Source: a virus
Lineage: Duplodnaviria > Caudoviricetes
Length of the DNA: 62,186 nucleotides
IMG/VR virus record: IMGVR_UViG_3300027956_000008
Span: 1-62,186 of that record
Strand: one strand, 5' to 3'
Both the position numbers and the translations under genes were made by a program. Below the pieces are notes generated by a model. That model worked only from the letters and a program-made list of their open reading frames with translations, did no database searches and was not told the DNA's origin. This document shows positions 15,352 to 25,447 of the stretch, in pieces (position 1 is the stretch's first letter; each line of letters opens with the position of its first letter).

Positions 15352-16551
15352 ATGGCTGATGACAGCAATTTTGAAGCACTTAAAGATGCAGGGACTTTAT
15401 CAGGAACAGAACGTATTGCTGTTCAAGATGGTCTTCATAAAGAAAAAACTACTCTTGACGATATTAAGACTTTTGTTCTAGGAGGGGTTAGTGTTGCCGA
15501 GCTTGATAAACTAGATGGTGTTACCGCAGGAACCGTGACTGCGAGTAAAGCGATTGTCGTAGATGCTGATAAAGCTGTAACAGGCTTTACCAATATTGGC
15601 TCTGATAAGTTTACTGGACAAGCAACTGCTTTATTTGATGGTGGTGCTGATCCTGTTAATGCCGTCTATGCTACGAATCGTCTGACCTCTACAGGTGCTT
15701 TTGTTCCTGCTGCTCACGCTTGGACTACTCTTACTTCTACAGGTGTGAATGTAACTGATGGAGATACGGTTACACTTAACACAACTATCTATAGATTTAA
15801 GGATGTTCTAGCGCAAGCTTATGATGTAAAGATTGCTGCTAGTGCTGCTCTGACTCTTGACAATCTCAGGGCTGCTATAAATGAATCTGGTACTGACGGT
15901 GTTGAATACTTTGCCGGTACTGCCTTTCACCCTACGATGTTTGCAACAATCAATGCTGATACAACTCAACGGGTAGTAGCTCGGACAGTTGGAGTGACAG
16001 CCAATGATTATCCTTCGACTTCAACGGCTGCTACTCTATCTTGGACAGATGCAACGGTTGGTGCTGCAAATGCCGGTGCTGCTGAAACTGCCGCTACTGT
16101 AACAATTGGTGCTAAGACCTATACATTCTATGCAATTCTACCTGAAACACACGCTTCCAATTGGGCAGCTAGTAACCAAGTGTTCTGGAATACCAATACA
16201 GAGAACGCTTTTGTTAATTTTAAGAAAGCCGTTAATCTTAGTGGAGCTATAGGTACGGATTATTCAACAGGGACAACGATCAATACAACCGTGACAGCTA
16301 CTACGATTGATGCTACACACCTAACTTTTCAAGCGAATACAATGGGCGTAACGGGTAATGAAATTGTTGTTGCTGAGACTTTGGCTAATACTGCATTTGA
16401 TGATTTGAGTGGATTCTTGGTTGGTGGAGTAGATGGTACAGTAGGGGTTGATGGTGAGATTAGATACAGCACTTCACTTCTTTATCTTTGCATTGGTGGA
16501 AATACTATCACGACTGCTAACTGGTATAAAGCATCTTTGACAGCAGTTTAA
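15352..16551 (+). CDS. Virion fibre-like structural protein with two internal repeats
   Basis: Thr/Ala/Gly-rich; repeats VTLNTTIYRF..NLRAAIN.SG and VTIGAKTYTF..NFKKAVN.SG; C-terminal GEIRY..LLYLC...NW fibre motif. Confidence 0.65.
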   Translation: MADDSNFEALKDAGTLSGTERIAVQDGLHKEKTTLDDIKTFVLGGVSVAELDKLDGVTAGTVTASKAIVVDADKAVTGFTNIGSDKFTGQATALFDGGADPVNAVYATNRLTSTGAFVPAAHAWTTLTSTGVNVTDGDTVTLNTTIYRFKDVLAQAYDVKIAASAALTLDNLRAAINESGTDGVEYFAGTAFHPTMFATINADTTQRVVARTVGVTANDYPSTSTAATLSWTDATVGAANAGAAETAATVTIGAKTYTFYAILPETHASNWAASNQVFWNTNTENAFVNFKKAVNLSGAIGTDYSTGTTINTTVTATTIDATHLTFQANTMGVTGNEIVVAETLANTAFDDLSGFLVGGVDGTVGVDGEIRYSTSLLYLCIGGNTITTANWYKASLTAV

Positions 16552-16564
16552 AAGGAGAGAAGTA

Positions 16565-16969
16565 ATGGCTAGTCCTAAAGAAATGCTTAAGCCTGCTATT
16601 AAGACTGATAGTGGCATAAAGGAATTGATAGCCCGTACCTTCACTACAAGGAACCTACTTCATTTCTCGCATTGGGGTACGGGTAGTTTTGCTACACATC
16701 AAGCAGTCGGTGGTATGTATGACGACATTATTGGTAAAGTAGATTCAATAGTAGAAACATATATGGGCAAGTTTGGGAAATTGACTATTGAAGGTCAACC
16801 GTCTGCTACTATGCCTGTTTGTATCTGTACTCATTTGAAACAAGAAGCAGAATGGATGTGTAGCAATAAAGATAATATTGCTAATGGCTCTGCTCCTGTT
16901 AGAAATATGCTTGATGATTTGGAAGGTCTTTATGATTCCTGCGTCTACAGATTGGAGAATTTGAAATAA
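16565..16969 (+). CDS. Ferritin/Dps-like four-helix protein (DUF5856-like)
   Basis: LHFSHWGTGSFATHQAVGGMYDDI..KVDSIVETYMGKFG. Confidence 0.75.
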   Translation: MASPKEMLKPAIKTDSGIKELIARTFTTRNLLHFSHWGTGSFATHQAVGGMYDDIIGKVDSIVETYMGKFGKLTIEGQPSATMPVCICTHLKQEAEWMCSNKDNIANGSAPVRNMLDDLEGLYDSCVYRLENLK

Positions 16970-17100
16970 TGGGAACTCCTAAAGCGCAACTTGATAAATT
17001 CAAGGCAGAGCTAGACCGTATTCGTAAAGTTTCAAATGAGAATCAAGCGCCTATGACTAAGCCTATTATCACTGACGCTCCCAAGAAAAAGGTAAAATAA
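16969..17100 (+). CDS. 43-aa basic protein MGTPKAQLDKFKAELDRIR...
   Basis: Translated by hand; TAATG overlaps on both sides. Confidence 0.65.
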   Translation: MGTPKAQLDKFKAELDRIRKVSNENQAPMTKPIITDAPKKKVK

Positions 17101-19211
17101 TGGGTCTACCTATTAATACACCTAGCCTAGAAAGTAATCCGAGTGCTGACCTTGAGTTTCTTCGTGAGAACATGCCCAAAGAGGAAAACAATGTCACTAA
17201 GGAACTGTCTAAGCATATTGAAAAAATTTGGCAGAAAAATCAAGCTGACTTTAAATCTGTTCGTAAAGAAATGGTTCAAGCCCTTAGAAGGGTTCGTGGT
17301 GAGTATGATCCTATCAAACTAGCTGCTATTAGAGCCTTTAAAGGAAGTGAAGCCTTTATACGAGTAGGAGAGAATAAAGCTAGGGCTGCTGAATCTTGGA
17401 TTAAAGATATTTACCGAGGGGATATTGATATTCCTTGGACTCTTGAGCCTACAGAGATTCCTGACTTGCCAGATGAAACACTGGAAGCTATTAAACAGCA
17501 ATGCTTACAAGAAGCTGAACAAGCTCAAATGTTAATGGTAGAGCAAGGCATTCAAGCTGACCCTAATGAAATAGCTCGCTTGCTTAATGACTATTACCAA
17601 GAGAAACTAGACTACGCTAAAGAGGACTTAAAGAAAGAAGCTCAAGAGCGTTGCGATAGAGCCGCTAAAGAGATTAGAGATCAAAATCAAGAAGGTGGTT
17701 GGAATGATGCTTTTAAAGACTTCCTTTATTACTTTGTTCGTTTAAAGTTCGGTGTCATTAAAGGCCCAATCTTGACTAAGAAGAAGAAGCAGGTTTGGGT
17801 TCCTAGTGAAACAGGTACATATGAATTAACAACTATAGATACTCTTGTGAATGATGTGTATTGCGTTTCTCCATTTAACTTCTATCCGTCGAAAGGAATG
17901 AAGTCTATTAACGATGGTGACGTAATTGAAATACACGAATTAACTAAGCAGGCCATTACTGATCTAATAGGTGTTCCTTCTTACGATGAAGCAGAAATAA
18001 GAGCTGTCTTGGCTGAGTACGAAAAAGGGGAGCTTAAATCAAAATGGTTTTCCATAGAGGACGAGACAGAAGTAAGACAAGTTACAAAAGAAAAAATAAA
18101 CACTTACAGTTCTACACCTACAACATCGAATTCTTCTTCGACTATCATGGATTTTATTTTGGCACAGGAGTTCTACGGGACGGTTTCTGGCAAGATGCTC
18201 ATTGATTGGGGTGCTGAAGGTAATCTTGATCCTCAAATGGAATATCAAGCTAATTGTTGGAAAATAGGTAAGCACGTTATAAAAGCTGTTATCAATCCTG
18301 ACTCATTAGGAAGAAAACCTTATCATGTATCTAGTTGGGCTAAAAACCCTGAATGGATCGTAGGAGAAGGACTGATTGAGTTTGGGGCTGCTGTTGAAGA
18401 TAGTATGCAGGCCATTGTAAGGGCATTGATTAACAATATTGCTATTGCTTCTGGCCCTATGTGCGAAATAGATAAAGACAGAGTAGACATGAAGACTCCT
18501 ATTTATCCTTGGAGACAGATTGAATCTACTTCAATGCAAATGAAGAACAACGGCCCTGCTGTTAATTACTATCAACCTCAAATGCACTCTCAAGAGCTGA
18601 TAAATGCGTTTCAATTTTTTGGTAAACTCTTAGACGAAATGACGGTGCCTGCCTATGCACAAGGAGCAAGTCAATCGGGTGTTACTGCGGGTACTGCCAC
18701 TGTGTTTACTCAGTTGCTTGCTGCTGCTTCACGTTCTATTAAGGGTGTGGTAGCAAACATAGACGATGACATTATCACCCCTTATATGAAGATGTGTTAC
18801 GACTTCAATATGAAGTTCTCTGAAGATGAGACTTCCAAGGGTGACGCTAGAGTAGTGGCTAAAGGTGTAAGTGGGCTTCAAGCGAAAGAGCAACAAGCAC
18901 AGAGGAAAGTAGAGTTCTTGCAAGTTGCTATGACTCCTGTGCTTAGTCAGATTCTAGGTGCTAAGAACTTGGGTGCTTTGGCTGCTCAGATTGCTAAGAG
19001 TAACGATATTGTCCTACCTGATATGGCGAGACTGGAAGGGAGTGAATCAGCACAGATGCAACTAGAGATGTTGATAAACGCTCAAGCTGGTGTGGACATG
19101 TCTACTGACCCTAACCAAATGAACGGACAAAACTCTAATGGTGGCGGTGGTAAGAAGAAAGCCGCTGGCATGAATGTGGACGGCTCAAAGGCAGGAGTAA
19201 ACAATGGATAA
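17100..19211 (+). CDS. Portal protein
   Basis: 703 aa; position between TerL and scaffold; VSPFNFYP, GRKPYH..SW..NP..I.G.G and NNIAIASGP motifs. Confidence 0.85.
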   Translation: MGLPINTPSLESNPSADLEFLRENMPKEENNVTKELSKHIEKIWQKNQADFKSVRKEMVQALRRVRGEYDPIKLAAIRAFKGSEAFIRVGENKARAAESWIKDIYRGDIDIPWTLEPTEIPDLPDETLEAIKQQCLQEAEQAQMLMVEQGIQADPNEIARLLNDYYQEKLDYAKEDLKKEAQERCDRAAKEIRDQNQEGGWNDAFKDFLYYFVRLKFGVIKGPILTKKKKQVWVPSETGTYELTTIDTLVNDVYCVSPFNFYPSKGMKSINDGDVIEIHELTKQAITDLIGVPSYDEAEIRAVLAEYEKGELKSKWFSIEDETEVRQVTKEKINTYSSTPTTSNSSSTIMDFILAQEFYGTVSGKMLIDWGAEGNLDPQMEYQANCWKIGKHVIKAVINPDSLGRKPYHVSSWAKNPEWIVGEGLIEFGAAVEDSMQAIVRALINNIAIASGPMCEIDKDRVDMKTPIYPWRQIESTSMQMKNNGPAVNYYQPQMHSQELINAFQFFGKLLDEMTVPAYAQGASQSGVTAGTATVFTQLLAAASRSIKGVVANIDDDIITPYMKMCYDFNMKFSEDETSKGDARVVAKGVSGLQAKEQQAQRKVEFLQVAMTPVLSQILGAKNLGALAAQIAKSNDIVLPDMARLEGSESAQMQLEMLINAQAGVDMSTDPNQMNGQNSNGGGGKKKAAGMNVDGSKAGVNNG

Positions 19212-19437
19212 CATTCAAGCTCTGCTAAAGAGAATTAAGACTTCTACAGATGGCCCTGACTTTATTGATTATCTTAATGAATTGTCACGCCTTAACTATG
19301 AAGCGTACAAAAGAGATGGAATAGAGATGAATGATATTCACAAAGGGTATGCTATAGCTATTGACTCTTTGGTAGATTCTTTCCTCACTTGTGATAAAGA
19401 AGTAGTCCAACAAGATATTCAAGAGCATTGGAACTAA
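19204..19437 (+). CDS. Small head-associated protein
   Basis: Typical position between portal and scaffold; AGGAG RBS. Confidence 0.65.
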   Translation: MDNIQALLKRIKTSTDGPDFIDYLNELSRLNYEAYKRDGIEMNDIHKGYAIAIDSLVDSFLTCDKEVVQQDIQEHWN

Positions 19438-19520
19438 AGAGTATGAATACCAATAGGCTCATATTCTAAACTAAAACAACATGGGAAACGGACTTAGAGC
19501 CGCCCCAAAAGGAGTACAAC

Positions 19521-20441
19521 ATGATCCCGAAACAGGTAGAAGAACAAGCTGCTCTTGCTGAAGAAGTTCATAAAGGTTTGTTTGCCCCTAAAGAAGAAGA
19601 GGGAAACGAACAAATCGAAGAAGAAGTTCAAGAGGAAGAGACACAAGAAGAGGAAGATGTTGTAGATCAAGAAGAAGAAAAGTTTGCTACGAAGTACAAT
19701 ACTCTTAAAGGGAAGTATGATGCTGAAGTACCACGGCTTCATAGTGAACTAAAAGAACTGAAGCAAATGATCTTTGATAAACTTGGTCAACAGACTACTC
19801 CAAAGGAAGAGATTAAAGAAGTAAATCCTTACGAAGATAAATTGGCTAAATATCGTGAGGAATATGGTGATGAATTAGTTGAGATGAACCGGATGCTAGC
19901 CAAGATGGAAGCTGAAGCTATTCTCAAAGAACGTATGCAACCGATTACAGATCAAGTTGCAAGTGTTGAAGAGACACAAGTAAAGGCTGCTCAAAAGAAT
20001 TTTACTGATTATCTTGATACGAAAGTAGAGGGTGATTGGAAAGCTCTTTGGGCAGGCAAGGATGAGAAGTTTGTTAGTTTCCTTGATAGTGTTGAGCCAA
20101 ACAGCGGGTTTAAATATTCTGATATTGTTAAGCATCATAATGACAATTGGAATGCAGACGGACTTGCTCACGTGTTTAATGCTTATCTTGGTTCTGCTCC
20201 TGTGACTTCTGTTCCCGAGAAAGTAGTTAAACAGCCAAACCCTGCTAAAGAAGCTCTTGTAGCTCCAAGCAGAACCACAACTCACACAACTCCAAAGACT
20301 GAGGAAGCTCGTATTTGGACAAGAGAAACAATGGCAGAGTTCCAAAAGGAAGACCGAATGGGCAAATATACACCAGAAGAATCTAAAGCCCTTTGGGAAG
20401 ACCTTATGTCAGCTCCTAGCCAAAACAGAATGCGTAATTAG
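19521..20441 (+). CDS. Capsid scaffolding protein
   Basis: Acidic N-terminus, KYNTLKGKYDAEVPRL coiled coil, directly upstream of the MCP. Confidence 0.8.
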   Translation: MIPKQVEEQAALAEEVHKGLFAPKEEEGNEQIEEEVQEEETQEEEDVVDQEEEKFATKYNTLKGKYDAEVPRLHSELKELKQMIFDKLGQQTTPKEEIKEVNPYEDKLAKYREEYGDELVEMNRMLAKMEAEAILKERMQPITDQVASVEETQVKAAQKNFTDYLDTKVEGDWKALWAGKDEKFVSFLDSVEPNSGFKYSDIVKHHNDNWNADGLAHVFNAYLGSAPVTSVPEKVVKQPNPAKEALVAPSRTTTHTTPKTEEARIWTRETMAEFQKEDRMGKYTPEESKALWEDLMSAPSQNRMRN

Positions 20442-20514
20442 TTCTTTAACCCTATATTGTGAATAAATATCACAATCCTTTTTGCGGGAGAACACCCGCC
20501 CAAGGAGAAACAAA

Positions 20515-21549
20515 ATGAGTGTATATCCTGTTCAGCCTGGAAATCCTGATTACTCCACTGGTAGTTCTAGCCAGTATATTCCTGCTATTTATAGCGCACT
20601 TCTTATTAAGAAGTTCTATCCGAATACTGTCTTCTCAAAAATCAGCAACACCGATTATGAGGGTGATATTAAATCACACGGCGATACTGTTTACATTCGT
20701 ACTCGTCCGACCATTGAAACTTTCCGCTACAAAAAGGGTATGGTTCTTCCGGTTCAGAATCCTGAGTCTCCGTATGTCACTTTGAAGATTGACCAAGGTG
20801 AAGGCTTCTCGTTCGCTCTGGATAAGGTTGATGAGTTTCAGTCTGACATTAACTTGATGAATACTTGGGGTGAAGACGCTAGTAAGCAAATGGCACAGGT
20901 TATTGACCGTAATGTGCTTGTTTCTCTTGCCGCTGCTGGTGCTGTTGCTACTTCGGCTGCTGCTACTACAATCATGGGTTACACGGCTACTGCTGGCCCG
21001 ACCATGAGCGAATATACCATTGCTAAAGGTGCTCTTGTTAATGGTGGTACGACTGCTCGTGGTTCTGCAATTGTTCTTGGCACTTCGGGTACTTCTATTT
21101 CGGCTAACACCGGAGACAAGTTGACTGCCATTATCCTTGCATATGGTCGTCACCTTGACGAAAACAACGCACCTGATGATGGACGTTTTGTTATTCTTCC
21201 GACTTGGGCACGTTCTGTTTTGTTGTCCATGAGCAGCAATAACTTTGGTCTTGCGTATGCAACTGGTCAGAATACTGCCGGTATTATCTCTGGTGTTGTT
21301 CCGAAGATTGACCGCTTTGAGGTAATATTCTCTAACAACACTCCGTACTCCACTGAGGGTGCTGATACTGTTGGTAACGCTGTCATTTTCGGCTGTAAGT
21401 ACGCAACGACTTTTGCAACTCAGATTACTGAGTCCCGCATTATCGACAATCCGTTTGCTTTCGGTAAAATGATGCAAGGTCTTCAAATTTATGGTTTCAA
21501 TATCATTAAACCGCAGCTTGTTGGTGTTGACTTCATCAAAAACGCTTAA
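20515..21549 (+). CDS. Major capsid protein (HK97 fold)
   Basis: YIPAIYSALLIKKFY..TVFSKISNTDYEGDIK..GDTVYIR, LDENNAPDDGRFVILP and GLQIYG motifs; AAGGAG RBS before ATG 20515. Confidence 0.92.
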   Translation: MSVYPVQPGNPDYSTGSSSQYIPAIYSALLIKKFYPNTVFSKISNTDYEGDIKSHGDTVYIRTRPTIETFRYKKGMVLPVQNPESPYVTLKIDQGEGFSFALDKVDEFQSDINLMNTWGEDASKQMAQVIDRNVLVSLAAAGAVATSAAATTIMGYTATAGPTMSEYTIAKGALVNGGTTARGSAIVLGTSGTSISANTGDKLTAIILAYGRHLDENNAPDDGRFVILPTWARSVLLSMSSNNFGLAYATGQNTAGIISGVVPKIDRFEVIFSNNTPYSTEGADTVGNAVIFGCKYATTFATQITESRIIDNPFAFGKMMQGLQIYGFNIIKPQLVGVDFIKNA

Positions 21550-21564
21550 TAACTTTTAACAAAG

Positions 21565-21584
21565 GGGGGTTAGCAATAACCCCC
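21565..21584 (+). promoter_or_regulatory. GNRA-capped hairpin after the MCP gene (stabiliser or weak terminator)
   Basis: GGGGGTTA-GCAA-TAACCCCC; no U-tract. Confidence 0.5.
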
Positions 21585-21601
21585 AATAAAGGAGAATCAA
21601 T

Positions 21602-22069
21602 ATGTCTGCTTTTACTGTTGCCCCCATCACCACTGAGCTTCGGCCTAAGCGTGGTGCTCGTCAGTCCGATACTATCGGGCAAGTTTATACTCGCATTCTT
21701 AACATTAAGATTGCCGCTGGTTCTGCTTCTGGTGATACTGGCGCATTGTCGGCTTATATCCCTTCCGGTACGCATGTTCTCGGTGCTTACATCAAGTGCG
21801 ATACTGCTAATACCAACAGCACCACAGTAGAACTCAAAGCAACGACTTCTCCGAATGCTGTCTTTGTTGCTGCTACTGCTCCTGCTGCCACTGGTTGGAC
21901 TGTTGCAACGGTAACTACTGCCGGTGTTGCCTTACTTGGTGCTGATGATACCATTACCATTACTCTTGGCGTTGGTGCTAGTCCTGCTGTTGTTTGGAAT
22001 GTTCAAGTCCTTCTTGTTTGTGCTGAGATTGACTTTGCTTCTAACACTTATTCGACTTACAGCGTTTAA
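21602..22069 (+). CDS. Capsid decoration/cement protein
   Basis: Ala/Thr-rich beta protein immediately after the MCP, with similar codon choice. Confidence 0.6.
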   Translation: MSAFTVAPITTELRPKRGARQSDTIGQVYTRILNIKIAAGSASGDTGALSAYIPSGTHVLGAYIKCDTANTNSTTVELKATTSPNAVFVAATAPAATGWTVATVTTAGVALLGADDTITITLGVGASPAVVWNVQVLLVCAEIDFASNTYSTYSV

Positions 22070-22085
22070 CTCTTAACTGTATGAT

Positions 22086-22121
22086 AGGGGTAAGTTAGGT
22101 TACAGCCTAACCTCTGCCCCT
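22086..22121 (+). terminator. Hairpin after the capsid genes
   Basis: AGGGG..GTTAGGT-TACA-GCCTAAC..CCCCT. Confidence 0.45.
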
Positions 22122-22149
22122 TGACTCACACAAAAAAAGGATACCTCCC

Positions 22150-22560
22150 ATGAGGCCCAAAAAGATCGTTGAAGAAATCAAAGAGAACCCTATTGCTGAT
22201 CTAGTTAAAATTCTTTCTGAGTTGACTGAAGAAGTTGTTCAAATGCGTAATTCCTTGGTGATTTTGCACGATAAATACAGCACTTTGGAGAGAGAAGTTT
22301 TTAAACCTAAGGTTTCCTATCAGTCTATTGTGAAGAACGAGGATTTCAATGGAAAACCTTTAGAACTACGTGAAGAATCTAATATTAAGATGAACGAAGA
22401 GGATAAGCTTTTCTCTATTAGTAATTGCATAAAGATTCTTCCTCCTAATTTGATTGTTAATGGTAGGCACGTAAAAGAAAATGTGACTGCTATTTGTGGA
22501 TTCTTAGTAAGTGATGAACAACTTGACGAAGTATATAAGAACTTTAACCACGACATTTAA
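22150..22560 (+). CDS. Hypothetical protein
   Basis: ORF track; AAGGA RBS. Confidence 0.65.
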   Translation: MRPKKIVEEIKENPIADLVKILSELTEEVVQMRNSLVILHDKYSTLEREVFKPKVSYQSIVKNEDFNGKPLELREESNIKMNEEDKLFSISNCIKILPPNLIVNGRHVKENVTAICGFLVSDEQLDEVYKNFNHDI

Positions 22561-22571
22561 GGTTCACACCT

Positions 22572-23321
22572 ATGAACTTAAAAGATATACGCGAAGAATG
22601 TTGGCAAGAGGCTAGAGATGTTGCTTTAGTTGACTCCGATAGACTTTGGCCTGAACATGATATGAAGCGTTATATCAATCGCGTTTATCGTGAGATTGCC
22701 AGAGAAACAAAATGTATTAGGGATAACGAAACGGTTAGTATCTGTTTGATTCCGACTGCTACTGTTGACTATACAACCTATGTATCAGGAACAATGGATT
22801 ACATTTGGGCTAATGATCCTAACTCTTGGCTTTATCAGCAGGACGTAGCTCCATATCTCTATGACCTAGATAGACGTATTCTACAGATAGAAGAAGTCAA
22901 ATGGACTCTCAGACAGTGGAAACTTACTAAGGTTGGTTGTGCTAAGTGGCAAACTAATCCTTGGTGGGAACAAGTCATGGGGATGCCTACAGAGTATGCA
23001 ACTGATTTAACCAATGGCAAGATTGCTTTAAACTTTAGAGATAGTGAAACTGATTACCTCCGGTTAGTAGTTCGTAGACTTCCTTTGACTGACTTGATTT
23101 TAGATGATGATGAACCTGAATTTAGGATTCACTATCACGACTATTTCAAGAATGGCGTGTTAAGTCTTATGTTTAGGAAGCAAGACAGTGATGCTATCAA
23201 CCCTGCTAAGGCTGCTGAGTATCAAGCCCTTTATCTCCAAGACATAGACGAGATTAAACAACAGGAGACTATATTAAATACGATGCTTTCTCCTAACTTT
23301 GCTATGGGTGCTTTTCGATGA
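22572..23321 (+). CDS. Head-tail adaptor protein
   Basis: LWPEHDMKRYINRVYREIARET and PEFRIHYHDY..GVL..MF.KQD adaptor-like pattern; synteny. Confidence 0.7.
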   Translation: MNLKDIREECWQEARDVALVDSDRLWPEHDMKRYINRVYREIARETKCIRDNETVSICLIPTATVDYTTYVSGTMDYIWANDPNSWLYQQDVAPYLYDLDRRILQIEEVKWTLRQWKLTKVGCAKWQTNPWWEQVMGMPTEYATDLTNGKIALNFRDSETDYLRLVVRRLPLTDLILDDDEPEFRIHYHDYFKNGVLSLMFRKQDSDAINPAKAAEYQALYLQDIDEIKQQETILNTMLSPNFAMGAFR

Positions 23322-24055
23322 ATACAACTTGGACAATTCAAAGTTTTGACGGCATTAATAATATGCAAGAACCGTCAGCATTGAAACAACCAGCCAGTAC
23401 CAAGCAAGGAAACTTTGGTTCTTGTGAACTCGTTAAATGTATAAACTTTGATATTGACGATAATGGTGGATTAGTAAAAAGAGAAGTTAGCCCTGCTATT
23501 TTCTCTAAGACTTATGATGCTAAGCTTACTCAATCTCTTGGTGGAAGAACATTTACAGCTACAGGAGATACACTAAGATATACAAAACCATTTTCAAGTG
23601 AATATGAAGATAGACGTACTTCTATAAAATATTCGTCTGCTATTACTTTGATACAAGAGATAGAAACTGGAATGTGGGTTAGTACAACAACTAATCTTTA
23701 TTTTCACAAAGGTAGAAACCCTATTGAGGTAAGTGGATTCACACAAGTAGCTGAATATAATTATCCTGCCATTATGGGAACGGGAGAAAAGATTGCAGCT
23801 TCTAAGATGCTTCTTAAACAAGAAGGATTTGTTGCTATCTTTGCTACTACCTTTGGTATTTGCGTAGGTGATGCTAATGGAAACTTAACAAATATCTCTG
23901 AAGGGACTTTCTCTTACATAGCAGGACAAAGAGGAATTTCTTATATCCAAGAGAAAAATGGTATGATTCAATATCAAGTTCGCATGATTAATGATATTGG
24001 AGATTCTTATAACGAACAAACAAGTCAAGTAACCTTAGACGTAGACGCTTATTAA
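23318..24055 (+). CDS. Tail/stabilisation protein
   Basis: SFDGINN...L..C.NFDIDDNGGL.KR N-terminus typical of podoviral tail-nozzle-like proteins. Confidence 0.55.
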   Translation: MNTTWTIQSFDGINNMQEPSALKQPASTKQGNFGSCELVKCINFDIDDNGGLVKREVSPAIFSKTYDAKLTQSLGGRTFTATGDTLRYTKPFSSEYEDRRTSIKYSSAITLIQEIETGMWVSTTTNLYFHKGRNPIEVSGFTQVAEYNYPAIMGTGEKIAASKMLLKQEGFVAIFATTFGICVGDANGNLTNISEGTFSYIAGQRGISYIQEKNGMIQYQVRMINDIGDSYNEQTSQVTLDVDAY

Positions 24056-24070
24056 TAGGAGATAAAAGAA

Positions 24071-25003
24071 ATGGCTATTAGATTTAGTGACGCTGCAACA
24101 GCACTTATGGCGGGAGATGTAGGTTTGCGTAGGGCATTATCCGGTGCTCATTTGGTGTTTTATACAGGAACGCAACCGACCAGCGGAAATAGTTCCATAG
24201 GAACATCTCAACCAATTATCGCTTTCACTGTGAATGACGGTGTATATGTAGCTGATACTAAGGCACAGTGGAAAGTAACATTCACTGATACGACTGCTAA
24301 TGATACTATTACTTCTATCAAGATTGGTGGAGCCGCAGGAACAAACAGTTTTGATATTCTAGGTGGGACTGTAACGGCTTCTGCTACAGATGATACAACT
24401 TTGGCAATTCAGGTTGCTGCTGCTATTAATGCCAACATTGCTAACTGTGACTTTACTGCAACTTCCTCTTCGGGTGTTGTAACTATATCAGCTCCTAAAG
24501 GTTCTGGTACTGCTTTTAACTCCTGCCTTATGGTTGTTGCCGGTTCTGGTGTTACTTCTACCTACGATCCTGTTGGTGGTGGAGTATTTACTACAGGTGT
24601 AGCAAGTAGCAACGGCCTTACTTTTGGTGCTCCTCTTGATGGGGCGAGTCTGAGTCCTGCTGAAGATATTTTCTACATTGAAAAGAGTTCTACAGAGACT
24701 TGGAAAGGCAAGAACGGATTTGGCCCTGCTACTGCCGCTGCTACTGCTGTCTTTACGGGAATAGTCAATGGGACAACCTATACCGCAGGATGGGCTAGAA
24801 TCTGTGCTTCTAGTGGTGATGATGGTTCTACTGCTACTTCAGGTGAAACTGGCTATATCCGAGTTGACTTCTCTGTAGGAACAAGCGGGACTGATTTCGT
24901 TATGAGTCCGACTGCTACCTTTGCGGTCAATACGACAAGTGGGGCAGAGATAGAATCTGTCATTAATTCTTTCCGTCTTAAAATCAATAAGAAGATGGCC
25001 TAA
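24071..25003 (+). CDS. Virion structural (tail) protein
   Basis: MAIRFS...LVFYTGTQP...TAGWARI...IRVDFSVGTSG; Thr/Gly-rich. Confidence 0.65.
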   Translation: MAIRFSDAATALMAGDVGLRRALSGAHLVFYTGTQPTSGNSSIGTSQPIIAFTVNDGVYVADTKAQWKVTFTDTTANDTITSIKIGGAAGTNSFDILGGTVTASATDDTTLAIQVAAAINANIANCDFTATSSSGVVTISAPKGSGTAFNSCLMVVAGSGVTSTYDPVGGGVFTTGVASSNGLTFGAPLDGASLSPAEDIFYIEKSSTETWKGKNGFGPATAAATAVFTGIVNGTTYTAGWARICASSGDDGSTATSGETGYIRVDFSVGTSGTDFVMSPTATFAVNTTSGAEIESVINSFRLKINKKMA

Positions 25004-25018
25004 TAAGGAGAAAATATC

Positions 25019-25435
25019 ATGGCTGCTAAAGTATCTGATGTTGGTGGACAACTTCTGTTGAATATTCTGTTTGGAGCTACAGCTAAACCAACTGTCTTTA
25101 CATTGCAACTTTTTACAGACTCTAACGCTCTTGCTGATGCTGATATTTACACGACCCATACGCTTGCAAGTGGTGGTGGATATGCTGATTTAGCAATGGC
25201 GAATGATGCAACTATAACGACTAACAGTTCAGGTATTCCTATTGCTACTTGGGGTGCTGAGAGTTTTGTCTTTACGGGAGTTATTACAGCAGGGTCTATT
25301 AAGGGGTATCAAGTTATTACTGGTACGACTCTTTTGTTTGCTGAAACTCTTTCGTCTGCTTATACACCTCTTGTTAATGGTGATACGCTTACGATTACTC
25401 CGACCTTTATTCTTGGTAATGGTACTCCTACCTAA
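25019..25435 (+). CDS. Small tail/fibre structural protein
   Basis: LQLFT...SGGGY...LLFAE...NGDTLTITP pattern. Confidence 0.65.
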   Translation: MAAKVSDVGGQLLLNILFGATAKPTVFTLQLFTDSNALADADIYTTHTLASGGGYADLAMANDATITTNSSGIPIATWGAESFVFTGVITAGSIKGYQVITGTTLLFAETLSSAYTPLVNGDTLTITPTFILGNGTPT

Positions 25436-25447
25436 TAGGGGCTTAAT

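Noticed and set aside
20674-21486. 270-aa antisense ORF within the major capsid gene
   Set aside because: A typical shadow of strongly biased codon usage; the same applies to the antisense ORFs in the scaffold and giant genes.
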